Below, piece by piece: positions 13,925 to 23,943 of a DNA stretch of 53,565 bases. Location: the IMG/VR virus record IMGVR_UViG_3300030463_000010; one strand, 5' to 3'. A program made the translations under genes and the position numbers. Source of the stretch: a virus. How positions within the stretch are numbered: position 1 is the first letter of the stretch; the number at the start of each line of letters is the position of its first letter. The notes beneath the pieces were generated by a model. The model searched no databases, had not been told where the DNA came from, and saw only the letters and a program-made list of their open reading frames with translations.

Positions 13925-14599
13925 ATGAAATCAACAGAAAGGATTGATAGAATGTTAGTGGAAATTGCGAAATTCGGAAAAGAAGAACGTGCTGTTTGCA
14001 CAAGTCTCGATATTGCCGAAACATTTGGCAAGGAACACAAAAATGTTCTGCGCGATGTCGAAAATCTGGGGTGTTCCGAAGAGTTTAATCGGCTCAATTT
14101 TGAGCCGATCTCCTACACCGATTCTATGAACCGAATGCAGAAAGCCTATACTATGACACGAGATGGATTTACTCTTCTTGTTATGGGATATACTGGAGAC
14201 CTGGCTATGAAGTTCAAAGAAGCTTATATTAAGCAATTCAACGCTATGGAAGCCGCCCTGCAAGGAAAGCGAATTGAGCGTGAGAAGGGAATTGCTGTTC
14301 GCCAGGCGTTGACAAAAGCTTTGCAGCAATCCAGTGAAAATGATCGGATGCACGGACACGCCTATTCCAATTACACCAACTGTATTTATAAAGTCCTGTT
14401 TGGGAAAAACGCCGCGCAGCTTCGATCTGATTTTGGAATTGGTAAAACAGACAATTTACGAGACTGTTTCAGCAAAGAGGAGTTGAGAGAGGTTCAGTCC
14501 ATGGAGTGTTTAGTAAGCGGACTCGTTGATTGCGGCTGGGGTTATGAAAAAGTTAAATCCTTTATTGCGCAGACGAATGTAAAGATGTTGTCAGCGTAA
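13925..14599 (+). CDS. Rha-family regulator / antirepressor (Rha N-domain plus ORF6C-like C-domain)
   Basis: 224 aa. TSLDIAETFGKEHKNVLRDVENL...YTMTRDGFTLLVMGYTG (Rha), then C-terminal HGHAYSNYTNCIYKVLFG... Confidence 0.75.
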   Translation: MKSTERIDRMLVEIAKFGKEERAVCTSLDIAETFGKEHKNVLRDVENLGCSEEFNRLNFEPISYTDSMNRMQKAYTMTRDGFTLLVMGYTGDLAMKFKEAYIKQFNAMEAALQGKRIEREKGIAVRQALTKALQQSSENDRMHGHAYSNYTNCIYKVLFGKNAAQLRSDFGIGKTDNLRDCFSKEELREVQSMECLVSGLVDCGWGYEKVKSFIAQTNVKMLSA

Positions 14600-14667
14600 A
14601 TAACAAGGTATTTCCTCCTTGCCTCCTCCCTCAGATTGTGGTAATATTTGGGGGAGGAGGGCTGAAA

Positions 14668-15546
14668 ATGAAGAAGCTAATTTCGTTTATTTTGGCTGGA
14701 TTTATGATGGCTAGGGTGGTTGGCTGTGAAGACGGAAACGCAAAAACCACCCAAAACGATGACTTAACTCAAGAAATCCAACACCCGTCTTCTTCTGATG
14801 TAGAATATGAATTTTTGCACAACGGAATTTTTCGAATCAATGTTGATTCTATTGATACCACGGAGGATGGATATGATTTAACGATTTCGTTTGTTGGAGA
14901 GGAAGAAAGGCAGGCAGACCCCAATATATGTGCATCTGATATTGATAGGCTACTTGGAACTATTCTCGAAGGCAATCAATCGGTATATGATAGTCTTGAA
15001 AATGTTATTTTTAATTGCCCGTCTGATGGAAAGAACTATCAAGCGTCTCTTTCAATTCAATCGTACCAGAGTGGCCATGACATATCTTTTTTGGAAACGA
15101 TTGGTGGCTCATCTGATGTAATTGTCGTTACGGCGGCCGATATTGAGGCAACTTTAGCTGAGGCACAACAGGAATTAGATGAGTTATTAGAACACCCGAA
15201 AGAATTAACCATAGGAAGAACGTTATACGACGACGATAAAATATCTATCGTGTATAAGGGGACAACTGAATATGAAATTATACATGCCCCCGACAACTTA
15301 GATGTACCAAAAGCTGCGATTATTTTTTCTGTTATTAACAAGACAGGAAAAAGCTTGACATTAACATTTTCAGATTTTCGTGTGAATGGTATTAACAGCG
15401 GATATGTTACAAGTCATTCCATATCATCGAATGAAAACAATTCTGTTGAAGTAAGGTTTGATGATTTGCCGAAACTTTTGGAGAATATACACTCTAGTGG
15501 GTCGATCATGTTTGATGATTATTCCACCTTTGATCTTAAATTCTAA
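14668..15546 (+). CDS. lipoprotein (292 aa), possible superinfection-exclusion/moron product
   Basis: MKKLISFILAGFMMARVVGC has a signal peptide plus lipobox. GGGGAGGAGG RBS. AT-richer than the flanks. Confidence 0.75.
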   Translation: MKKLISFILAGFMMARVVGCEDGNAKTTQNDDLTQEIQHPSSSDVEYEFLHNGIFRINVDSIDTTEDGYDLTISFVGEEERQADPNICASDIDRLLGTILEGNQSVYDSLENVIFNCPSDGKNYQASLSIQSYQSGHDISFLETIGGSSDVIVVTAADIEATLAEAQQELDELLEHPKELTIGRTLYDDDKISIVYKGTTEYEIIHAPDNLDVPKAAIIFSVINKTGKSLTLTFSDFRVNGINSGYVTSHSISSNENNSVEVRFDDLPKLLENIHSSGSIMFDDYSTFDLKF

Positions 15547-15560
15547 GGCTATATTAACCA

Positions 15561-15597
15561 ACCCTCCGCTCACTTTTGAGCGGAGGGTAAATTTTTT
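15561..15597 (+). terminator. intrinsic terminator
   Basis: ACCCTCCGCTC-ACTTTT-GAGCGGAGGGT followed by AAATTTTTT. Confidence 0.8.
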
Positions 15598-15790
15598 ATG
15601 GAAACCTCTTGACTTTTTGTGTACATAAAAATAGGCTGCAACGCCAACGAGCTGAAAAGCGAGGAATACGGAGCGAGATTTAACGACAAAGCGAAAAGCA
15701 GTAACAAAGAGGTTCAGAGTTTTCGATACTTTGAAAGTGCGATTCCTGTCATTCGAGATATCCTGAATCAACATACTGTATAAAGCAGAG

Positions 15791-15830
15791 TCCCCGCTAT
15801 CTCTATTAAGTAGGTAGCGGGGAATTTTTA
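15791..15830 (+). terminator. intrinsic-terminator-like hairpin
   Basis: TCCCCGCTA (15791-15799) pairs with TAGCGGGGA (15815-15823), then ATTTTTA. Confidence 0.5.
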
Positions 15831-15847
15831 TTGGTGGAGGCAAAACA

Positions 15848-16084
15848 ATGGCAACAATTGAAATTAAAACAAAAGGGCCAAGTGGGAAAATATTTATTAA
15901 TGGTAAAGAAGTGCCAGATGTGCGTGGATATTTGATTTCACATAAGGCTGGGAGACTTCCGGTATTTAGGATGGACATCATTGCATCTGATATAACGTTT
16001 AATGGAAGTGAATTTTTGCCAGAGCTGCCGGAAGTGTTCAAAGATTTCTATGAACAGAAAAAATCGAAACGTAAAGATTTTTAG
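15848..16084 (+). CDS. hypothetical protein (78 aa); paralogue-like to 38995-39159
   Basis: GGTGGAGG RBS. ...KIFINGKEVPDVRGYLISHKAGRLPVFRMDIIASDITFNG. Confidence 0.6.
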   Translation: MATIEIKTKGPSGKIFINGKEVPDVRGYLISHKAGRLPVFRMDIIASDITFNGSEFLPELPEVFKDFYEQKKSKRKDF

Positions 16085-16095
16085 CGAATAAGTAT

Positions 16096-16123
16096 AGTGC
16101 CAAGTGCCACAGTGCCGAGTGCC
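16096..16123 (+). repeat. AGTGCC heptad array, site 3: AGTGCCAAGTGCC-AC-AGTGCCGAGTGCC
   Basis: Read directly. Ends 24 nt upstream of the tape-measure ATG. Confidence 0.85.
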
Positions 16124-16146
16124 GAACATTGAAAGGTGGTGGCAAC

Positions 16147-19100
16147 ATGGCCGTTAATATCGACAGCCTGCAAATTGAAATTGAAGCAACATCGAGCGAA
16201 GCTGCGAAACGAGTGCAAGATTTGGCGGATGCTCTGACCAACTTGAAAGCAGCGGCTAAAGGCGGAGCCGGACTAACAACCGTATCAAAGCAGCTTCAAG
16301 CACTTGCGTCTGCCGCAGCCAGTTTGAACAACACAGGAATTGGAAAGCTGAAAAAGATTGCCCCAGCATTAAATGCCTTATCCGGTGTTCAGAAATCAAG
16401 TGGACTGACCTCAACGGTAAATGCGATCTCCAAATTATCTACAGTTAGCAAATCACTAAAAGGGGATGCCATAAAAGAGTTTGCGACACAAATGAACCAA
16501 GTAGCCGCAGCTATTCGCCCACTTGCCACAGAGATGCAGAAAGTAGCTAATGGTTTTTCAGCTTTCCCGATAAGGATTCAGAAGATCATCCAAAGTAATG
16601 CGGGGTTGGCTGCTTCTAATAATAGAGCGGCAAAGAGTTTTGGCGTGCTTGGCAGCGGAATCAGAAGCGTACAGGCGAAGTTCGGAATTTATTCAGTAGT
16701 TTTTCAACAGATCGCGAAGATAGCGTCCAGTTGGGTCAAAGAGAGCAACGATTATGTTGAAAACTTGAATCTATTTACGGTAGCGATGGGTGATGCAGCT
16801 GAAAGTGCCCTTGAGTACGCTGAAACAGTAAGAGATGCCGTTGGCATTGACCCCTCTGAGTGGATTAGAAATCAGGGCGTATTTAAGCAAATTACAAGTG
16901 GGTTTGGCGTGATGGAGGAAAAGGCAAACCTCATGTCACAAAACCTGACACAACTCGGGTATGATATTTCTTCTTTCTATAACATCTCTATTGAAGAGGC
17001 TATGGAAAAACTGCAATCTGGTATAGCCGGAGAGATTGAACCGCTTCGACGTTTGGGATATGCAATCGATGTTGCGACACTTCAACAGGTTGCGTATGAA
17101 CACGGGATTCAGCAAAGCGTTAATACCATGAACCAGGCCCAAAAGTCTCAGCTCCGCTATATTGCGATCATGGAGCAGAGCGGGAACGCTATGCAGGACC
17201 TTGCTCGTACTTCCATGACGCCTTCAAATGCTTTGCGCATCTTGAATCAGCAGATCACTCAGCTATCTCGTGCGCTTGGCAATCTTCTGATTCCGTTGCT
17301 CCAGAAAATTATTCCGTGGGTACAAGCATTTGTAGAGGTTATCACAGATGCCATTCAGGCACTAGCAGTTTTCTTCGGCTTTGAGTTGCCAACCATTGAC
17401 TACTCTGGGATGGACGGAATTGCGTCAGGTGCAAACGATGTGGAGGACGCTATTTCCGGAGCCACCGGTGCGGCAAAAGAGATGAAGAAGGCCCTTCTTG
17501 GAATCGACGAACTGACCATTTTAGAACCAACCAAAACAGGAGGAGCAGGCGGTGCTGGTGGAATTGGAAACGGTGATCTTGGGCTGGAACTTCCGGAGTA
17601 TGACTTCCTTGCAGGCTTAAAAGAACAGACAGATGATCTAAAAACCAGAATGAAAGACCTTCTGGAGAATTATATCATTCCGATTGGTGCCGGTTTAGAA
17701 GCCTGGAGAATTGCAAAGACCCTGATACCAGACCTGAGACTTCTGCAAGGTATTTTGGGAGCAGGTTTAATTGCCATCGGAGTTTCGCTTTTGATTGACA
17801 GCATCCAAGATATCATTATTAGCGGGAAATTGACATGGAAAAACATTCTGACCGGTGCCGCTGGAGGCGCGGCTGTTGGCGGCGGGCTTGGATTCATGCT
17901 GGCAAAAAAACTTGGACTTACCTGGGCGCAAGGAATGCTTACAGGAGCTGTTATTGGAGTCGGTTTGTTTTTGTTAATTGCCGGTATCACTGCGCAGATA
18001 TTGGAAGGACTTAATATCAAAAACGTTCTTATTACGGCAGTGGGCGGAGCATTGGCCGGAGCCACCCTTGGGCGTTATTTAGCGTTCAAGAAAAACTTAA
18101 ATCCCGCGAGTGGGTTAATCGGCGGATTGGTTGCCGGTGTAGGTTTGTCTCTTCTGATTTCTTCAATAGTTTCGATTGTTAAAGATGGTCTGAATGTTGG
18201 AAACGGTATTATGGGAGCTATTGGCGGAGCATTGGCTGGTTTTGGAATCGGCGCGATAGTAAGAGGTGGTGCCGGCGCGGCATTCGGACTGATTATTGGC
18301 TTAGGTGTGTCTCTCGTAATTGAAGGAATCACAGCGCAAATCAGCTCTGGTGCAGCGAGCCTCAGTGGAGGACTTATGACCATTCTTGGCTCTGCCCTGG
18401 CAGGAGCAGGGATTGGAGCCACGATGGGACCTATCGGAACCGCTGCCGGTGCTGTTCTCGGATTTACCGTTGGTGTCATTCTTGAAATTGTCGGAATCAA
18501 GGAAGCGGGAAAGGCTGCTTATGAAGCAACAGAAGATTTTAAGGTTATGGAAAACATCCTGGATAGGTGTGCCGATGCTTCTGGAAGAGCTGATGCCGCG
18601 ATGGACAACCTAAAATCTGGTATTGAAAATCTGGAGTCTGTGTCTCTTGATTATGCGCTTGCAAGCACACTTGTAGACGAAATTTATGCTATCAATGATA
18701 ATGCTAACGCCACCAATTATGAACTGGAACTTATGGCGGCAAAGGTCGATGTTCTAAACGGACTGAATATTGATGGCCTATCTCTTTCCATTGATGAAAC
18801 AACGGGGCGCGTCATTGAGACCAGAGAAGAGGTAGAAAGTCTTATTTCGTCGCTTGAACAGGAAGCCAAAATGGAAGCTATGCGCGATATTTTGGTTCAA
18901 AGCTATAAAGATCAGTACCAAGCCATAGTCGATGCAGAGAGGGCGACACGAGATTATACCGCAGCAACGCAAGCACTTGATGATGCAAATAGAGAACTCT
19001 ACAATACACCTTTACTTGATCTGACAAAGCGAGCTGAGATTAAAGCGGCAATAGATAAAGAAACAGAGGCCGTAAATGCTTCCAGAGATGCCTACAACGA

Positions 19101-20010
19101 CGCGAAAACAACACTTAATGAACTAGACGGAACCATTGACACATTCTTGGGTCAACTCGTCAATCTTCAAACAGGCCAGGGAGACCTTAAAGACAGCACC
19201 TATGATTGGGCCGATACGCAAAAGACTCTGCTCCAAGATGCTGGCATTGATATTCAGGCATACAGTGCGATTGTAGATGAGTCTTTTGGAGACTTGCCAG
19301 AACGCATGCGAGACTATGGTGGAAGTTCGATTACGGAATTTCAAAGCGCTATAGATGCAAATACACCTGCGCTGAAAAACACCATGAAAGATTTGGGTGT
19401 TGATGTATCAAATGAGTTGGTGTCTGGAGCAAACTCTGTTGATATTGCAACAAAGGGCGTTGGAATTGGCGTTGCATTAGGTGATGGTGTTGCGTCAGGA
19501 ATTGAAATCAGCACGTCTAAGGTAGCAAAAGCGGCTGAAAAAATGATTAGTACTGCAAACTATCGTGCCAAGAACGCTGCAAAGATTCATTCTCCTTCAA
19601 GACTCTTCAGAGACGAGGTTGGCTTAAACATTGGACTTGGCGTAGCGGTTGGACTGGAAGATAGCAAATATGCCATCCTTTCTGAAATGTCCAGCATTAA
19701 TCGCGAAATGGAAAATTTGTTTACATCGGGTGCGTTTAACCAAATGCCGACGACATTCTCTGTTAAACAAACGAGCAGCATCAACCAAGAACTCGCAAAC
19801 ACGGTGATGCTGAAAAACGGAAGGGAAAGCCAGCAAGAGGACAACATAAATCTGGTAAACACGCTTTATGCGGTTACACAGCAGATCATTTCCGCCATCG
19901 AGGAAAACAGCGGAGATGTCTACATGGACGGCGACAAGGTTGGAGAACGGGTAACGGCCTATCAGAACAGACAAAACCGGATGTACGGAAAGACGCTCCA
20001 ACGCGTATAA
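16147..20010 (+). CDS. tail tape measure protein
   Basis: 1287 aa. Helical N- and C-terminal regions, central Gly-rich multi-TM block, C-terminal KIHSPSRLF motif. Confidence 0.9.
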   Translation: MAVNIDSLQIEIEATSSEAAKRVQDLADALTNLKAAAKGGAGLTTVSKQLQALASAAASLNNTGIGKLKKIAPALNALSGVQKSSGLTSTVNAISKLSTVSKSLKGDAIKEFATQMNQVAAAIRPLATEMQKVANGFSAFPIRIQKIIQSNAGLAASNNRAAKSFGVLGSGIRSVQAKFGIYSVVFQQIAKIASSWVKESNDYVENLNLFTVAMGDAAESALEYAETVRDAVGIDPSEWIRNQGVFKQITSGFGVMEEKANLMSQNLTQLGYDISSFYNISIEEAMEKLQSGIAGEIEPLRRLGYAIDVATLQQVAYEHGIQQSVNTMNQAQKSQLRYIAIMEQSGNAMQDLARTSMTPSNALRILNQQITQLSRALGNLLIPLLQKIIPWVQAFVEVITDAIQALAVFFGFELPTIDYSGMDGIASGANDVEDAISGATGAAKEMKKALLGIDELTILEPTKTGGAGGAGGIGNGDLGLELPEYDFLAGLKEQTDDLKTRMKDLLENYIIPIGAGLEAWRIAKTLIPDLRLLQGILGAGLIAIGVSLLIDSIQDIIISGKLTWKNILTGAAGGAAVGGGLGFMLAKKLGLTWAQGMLTGAVIGVGLFLLIAGITAQILEGLNIKNVLITAVGGALAGATLGRYLAFKKNLNPASGLIGGLVAGVGLSLLISSIVSIVKDGLNVGNGIMGAIGGALAGFGIGAIVRGGAGAAFGLIIGLGVSLVIEGITAQISSGAASLSGGLMTILGSALAGAGIGATMGPIGTAAGAVLGFTVGVILEIVGIKEAGKAAYEATEDFKVMENILDRCADASGRADAAMDNLKSGIENLESVSLDYALASTLVDEIYAINDNANATNYELELMAAKVDVLNGLNIDGLSLSIDETTGRVIETREEVESLISSLEQEAKMEAMRDILVQSYKDQYQAIVDAERATRDYTAATQALDDANRELYNTPLLDLTKRAEIKAAIDKETEAVNASRDAYNDAKTTLNELDGTIDTFLGQLVNLQTGQGDLKDSTYDWADTQKTLLQDAGIDIQAYSAIVDESFGDLPERMRDYGGSSITEFQSAIDANTPALKNTMKDLGVDVSNELVSGANSVDIATKGVGIGVALGDGVASGIEISTSKVAKAAEKMISTANYRAKNAAKIHSPSRLFRDEVGLNIGLGVAVGLEDSKYAILSEMSSINREMENLFTSGAFNQMPTTFSVKQTSSINQELANTVMLKNGRESQQEDNINLVNTLYAVTQQIISAIEENSGDVYMDGDKVGERVTAYQNRQNRMYGKTLQRV

Positions 20011-20022
20011 GGAGGCAAATGG

Positions 20023-20388
20023 ATGGTATTGAAAATTGACGGAACCGACATTGCTCCTTATATCGCGTATGGAGGGTTGAAGTGGCAAAGATCAGATGTA
20101 GACGGGGAAGGCGCGGGCCGCATGCTGGACGGAACTTTGGAACGGAACCGCATGGCAACGAAGATTCGACTGGATGTGACCTGCCGCCCCCTCAAAGCGG
20201 CTGAGGCAAGTATTGTACTTTCCGCTATTATGCCGGAATGGGTTTCGGTTACATATTACGACCCGCAAATGGGGAGTACGGTTACAAAAACCATGTATGC
20301 AAACAATAACCCGGCATCCTACCTTATCAAGCATCCGGACGGAACAGAGTGGTGGAGCGGGATTACATTTCCGCTGATTGAGAAGTGA
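20023..20388 (+). CDS. tail tip/distal tail component, putative
   Basis: 121 aa. AAGGAGG RBS. Immediately after the tape measure. Confidence 0.5.
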   Translation: MVLKIDGTDIAPYIAYGGLKWQRSDVDGEGAGRMLDGTLERNRMATKIRLDVTCRPLKAAEASIVLSAIMPEWVSVTYYDPQMGSTVTKTMYANNNPASYLIKHPDGTEWWSGITFPLIEK

Positions 20389-20391
20389 GCT

Positions 20392-21006
20392 ATGCGATAT
20401 AAAGTTGTCATTGACAATACGGAATACACAGATGCGGACATCCGATCTGCCAATATAGAGCGACCGCTGTTTGATCAGCTTGGCATCGGAAACGCATGTG
20501 AAGCTACTTTGAAAATTGTGTTCCGGCAGAAAACAGTTATTCCGACGATGGCAAAGATGATTCCTTATGCACTGGTCAATAACCAATGGGAGCAGCTTGG
20601 CGTATTTTACCTGGATGAACGGTCAATAAAGCCGACCGGAATCATGACAGTGGTTGCCTATGACTCTATGCTGAAAGCGGACAAAATATGGGTTCCAGAT
20701 CAGTCTTTGGAGTTCCCCATGCCGATGCCGGATGCCGTTGGTGTAATTGCCGACCTTATGGGCATCCAGGTTGATAGCAGGACTGTGTTGAATCCGGCCT
20801 ATACGATTGATTATCCGGCAAATGACTATACGCTGCGGGATGTTTTGAAGTTTATTGCCGTTGCGCATGGCGGAAACTGGACGATCACTCGCGAGGATAA
20901 ACTACTCCTTGTGCCGCTGGTCGGAAGCATGCCTCCAGAAACAAACTATTTGGTGACGGAAGACGGGGACGCTATCACCTTTGGAGGTGACAGAATCTTA
21001 GTATGA
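20392..21006 (+). CDS. tail tip/distal tail component, putative
   Basis: 204 aa. Call rests on position only. Confidence 0.5.
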   Translation: MRYKVVIDNTEYTDADIRSANIERPLFDQLGIGNACEATLKIVFRQKTVIPTMAKMIPYALVNNQWEQLGVFYLDERSIKPTGIMTVVAYDSMLKADKIWVPDQSLEFPMPMPDAVGVIADLMGIQVDSRTVLNPAYTIDYPANDYTLRDVLKFIAVAHGGNWTITREDKLLLVPLVGSMPPETNYLVTEDGDAITFGGDRILV

Positions 21007-22361
21007 ATGGCAAGCATTACATAGGGGCGAAAGCCTTGTCTCTTACAAAGTATGAGACCGCTCCGCCGATCAGTAAGATCATCCTCCTGCTAGATGACAA
21101 CAATTACTACGAAGCAGGAGACGACACTGGAACTGTAATTGAAGAACCATGCCCTTATGCTACACAAGAAGTGGCGAACACGCTTCTGGCTGCGCTGAAA
21201 GATTACGAGTATCAACCCGTGGATGCGGATGGGGCGAAGTTGACACCACTTGCTGAACTTGGAGACGGCATAACAGTTGGCGGGTTATATAGTCAGCTGG
21301 CTTATCAGAATATCCGGTTTAGCACAGGGGAGGTCATGGACGTTTCCGCGCCTGGAAGCACAGAAACGCGGCACGAATATAAAACGGAAGGCGAGACTAC
21401 CAGGACCTTTGACCGCAAGATTGCAGAGACCCGTTCCACGATCACAAAAACGGCGGAAGAAATCCGTCTGGAAGTGGAAAACGAAATTGAAGGTCTGTCG
21501 TCCAGCATTTCCGTTCAGTTGGACAGCATTACATCCACAGTGCAGGGGTTGAATGGACAGGTTTCCACGATTTCGCAAAAGGTGAACAACATCACACTCA
21601 CAGTGCAGAACGGCACGGACCGCTCGTATATTGATCTCTCTGTGGGCGGCGTTACGGTTGCCTCGCAGGTCATTCGATTTACTGGGGATGTGGTGTTTGA
21701 GTCCAGCCTGACCGACGGCTCCACCATGATTTCCGGAGACAACATTTTGACTGGCGAGGTCTCCGCAGAATATATCCGGCTGGGCGGAGAAATGGCAGTC
21801 TATGAGAGCCTTAGTTCCAGGGCTGACCTGGGCGGCTATATCGGGTATGTGACCAGCTACGATTACAACGGCTCCCGCACCTATGGGATGGGTATGATTG
21901 AAGCTGTCAGTGAAAATCAGGTAGTTGCTACTAGCGGCGGCGTTCGTATGACCACCGATAATGGCGAGGTCGTTGTGGCAACCAATATTACACTGGACAC
22001 CCGAAATGCCGTCAATGTGTACGCAAACCGCTTTACATCAGATGTGGAGCTGAATGTGACTTCTGACCGAAACGCAAAGGATGACATTCGGTATGATGTT
22101 GCTGAAAAATATATCTCCCTGTTTGACCGGCTGAACCCAGTGAGCTTTCTCTATAAAGGGAAAGAAGCCAAGCGCCACCTGGGCTTTATCGCACAGGATG
22201 TGGAGGATATTTTAAATGAAATCGGGATGCCGCTGGATGATTTCGCGGCCTTGTCCGTAGATGACGAGGGGCGGTATGGCCTTTCTTATGGAGAGTTTGT
22301 CGCGGTGCTGACGGCGAAAATTCAGCAGCTGGAACAACGATTGAAAGCTTTGGAGGGCTGA
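21003..22361 (+). CDS. tail spike/fibre protein with a C-terminal intramolecular-chaperone (peptidase S74) domain
   Basis: 452 aa. C-terminus SDRNAKDDI...NPVSFLYK...HLGFIAQDVEDIL...YGLSYGEFVAVLTAKIQQLEQRL. Confidence 0.8.
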   Translation: MNGKHYIGAKALSLTKYETAPPISKIILLLDDNNYYEAGDDTGTVIEEPCPYATQEVANTLLAALKDYEYQPVDADGAKLTPLAELGDGITVGGLYSQLAYQNIRFSTGEVMDVSAPGSTETRHEYKTEGETTRTFDRKIAETRSTITKTAEEIRLEVENEIEGLSSSISVQLDSITSTVQGLNGQVSTISQKVNNITLTVQNGTDRSYIDLSVGGVTVASQVIRFTGDVVFESSLTDGSTMISGDNILTGEVSAEYIRLGGEMAVYESLSSRADLGGYIGYVTSYDYNGSRTYGMGMIEAVSENQVVATSGGVRMTTDNGEVVVATNITLDTRNAVNVYANRFTSDVELNVTSDRNAKDDIRYDVAEKYISLFDRLNPVSFLYKGKEAKRHLGFIAQDVEDILNEIGMPLDDFAALSVDDEGRYGLSYGEFVAVLTAKIQQLEQRLKALEG

Positions 22362-22362
22362 T

Positions 22363-22512
22363 ATGGAAGAGACAAAGAAATTGATTGATGATGCGATTGC
22401 CATTCTTTCAACGCTTTCTGTGAATGGAGACGCGGTAGAAGTGATGGCAGCAGCCAAGAGCAAGCTGCGGAAAGCATCCGCAAATCTCAAGGAGGAACCC
22501 GATGGCCGATAA
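22363..22512 (+). CDS. small hypothetical protein (49 aa)
   Basis: ATG 1 nt after the upstream stop. MEETKKLIDDAIAILSTLSVNGDAVEVMAAAKSKL... Confidence 0.45.
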   Translation: MEETKKLIDDAIAILSTLSVNGDAVEVMAAAKSKLRKASANLKEEPDGR

Positions 22513-23116
22513 GAATATCAGCACACTCCCGGCAGTGGAGAGCATCGACAATGACTCCCTCTTTGTTGCGGAGCAGCAGGGAGTGGCTTCCAAAGTGACG
22601 GGCGCGCAGGTTGCGTCATTTGCCAAGGAAGCAGCTAACGCCAATGTACAAGCGGCTGTGGACGCGGCGAAAAAAGCGCAAGAGGCCGCAGAGACCGCAG
22701 AAGCGGCGGCGCGGGTAACAGCCCACCCGCCCCAGGTGAACGAGGAGACGGGCTTCTGGCAGGTATGGAACAGCGGAACCGGGGCCTATGAAGATACTAC
22801 CATTCAGGCGGAGGGTCCTGTCGGCCCGCAGGGAACGTCTGTAAAGAGCATTACGCGCACCAGCGGTACCGGAGCGGCGGGAACCACAGACACCTACACG
22901 ATGTACGATTCGGACGATGAAGCGATTGGAACATTTACCGTGTACAATGGCGCGGACGGCATCGGCTCCGGCGACATGCTGAAAAGCGTATACGACACGA
23001 AGAATAAGAACATGGATATTTTTACTTACACGGACGGGATTCTGGACTCCGCGAAAAGCTACACAGATACCTCTATTCAGGCGGCGATTCTGGACAGTTG
23101 GGAGGCGAGCTATTGA
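22502..23116 (+). CDS. tail fibre protein
   Basis: 204 aa. N-terminus MADKNISTLPAVESIDNDSLFVAEQ..., Ala-rich coiled coil, PVGPQGTS segment. Confidence 0.6.
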   Translation: MADKNISTLPAVESIDNDSLFVAEQQGVASKVTGAQVASFAKEAANANVQAAVDAAKKAQEAAETAEAAARVTAHPPQVNEETGFWQVWNSGTGAYEDTTIQAEGPVGPQGTSVKSITRTSGTGAAGTTDTYTMYDSDDEAIGTFTVYNGADGIGSGDMLKSVYDTKNKNMDIFTYTDGILDSAKSYTDTSIQAAILDSWEASY

Positions 23117-23880
23117 GCACTCAGGGGGACAAGCTGAAAGCGATTGCGGACGCTATTAGAGCGAAAGAAGGCAGCTCTGACCCTATTGCTGCCAATGATT
23201 TCCCGGCGAGAATCGCGGCGATTGAGACGGGGACGCAGCTTCCAACATTGACAAATCCCGGCACGGCGGCAGATATGGCACAGGGGAAGCAGCTGATTGA
23301 CCAGAATGGCGAGATTGTGACGGGGACATTAAGAGAAAGTACCGCAGGTTCCGGTTATACGGTGATAGATACGACCCCAACACTAAACAGTACCAATCTT
23401 CAGCTGGACTACACATTTGAAATGGACAGAATCATGCGAAAAGATTCGATACTTAATATGATGTGTCCAATTAGCAACTTCGGCAACGCCACTGCCGCAG
23501 ACGTAGCCGCAGGAAAGACCTTTACCAGTGAGGCGGGAGTAAAGGTGAGTGGTACAGGACAATTATCACAGTTTTTCACAGGCACCCTTCGTGTTAGAAG
23601 CGCGACGGATATTGTTGAGTTTGTATCACCCGCAGGACTTATACAAAGATATAATCAAGTTGTTAATGATGTCATATCGGTTTATGTTCCTGGTACTGTT
23701 ATTTTTGTTAACATTATGGACTCAAACAACAATCAGTTTCGCCCTAAAGTTATTGAAGGCTTTGATAATACATACTGGGTAGACACTACTAAGGACGTTT
23801 CTGGATATAGAATTTCCTACGGAGCCTTTATCGCAAAACCTGGCTACAGTGTGTATAACATTGAATTCGACATATTTTAA
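23113..23880 (+). CDS. tail fibre-associated protein with an AT-rich C-terminal cassette
   Basis: 255 aa from the TTG at 23113 (GGGAGG RBS). DKLKAIADAIRAKEG motif. Composition changes after about 23560. Confidence 0.55.
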   Translation: MSTQGDKLKAIADAIRAKEGSSDPIAANDFPARIAAIETGTQLPTLTNPGTAADMAQGKQLIDQNGEIVTGTLRESTAGSGYTVIDTTPTLNSTNLQLDYTFEMDRIMRKDSILNMMCPISNFGNATAADVAAGKTFTSEAGVKVSGTGQLSQFFTGTLRVRSATDIVEFVSPAGLIQRYNQVVNDVISVYVPGTVIFVNIMDSNNNQFRPKVIEGFDNTYWVDTTKDVSGYRISYGAFIAKPGYSVYNIEFDIF

Positions 23881-23943
23881 TTGCCTTTGTGCGGAGTTAT
23901 TCCAGTAATTTATTCCTAATTCAGCGTCCGAAAGAGGTGCATC

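Noticed and set aside
15619-15783. 54-codon frame (…NANELKSEEYGARFNDKAKSSNKEVQSFRYFESAIPVIRDILNQHTV)
   Set aside because: It looks protein-like but has only a GTG without an RBS, directly after a terminator. It is probably a 3' gene remnant left by the island insertion, so it is not reported as a gene.
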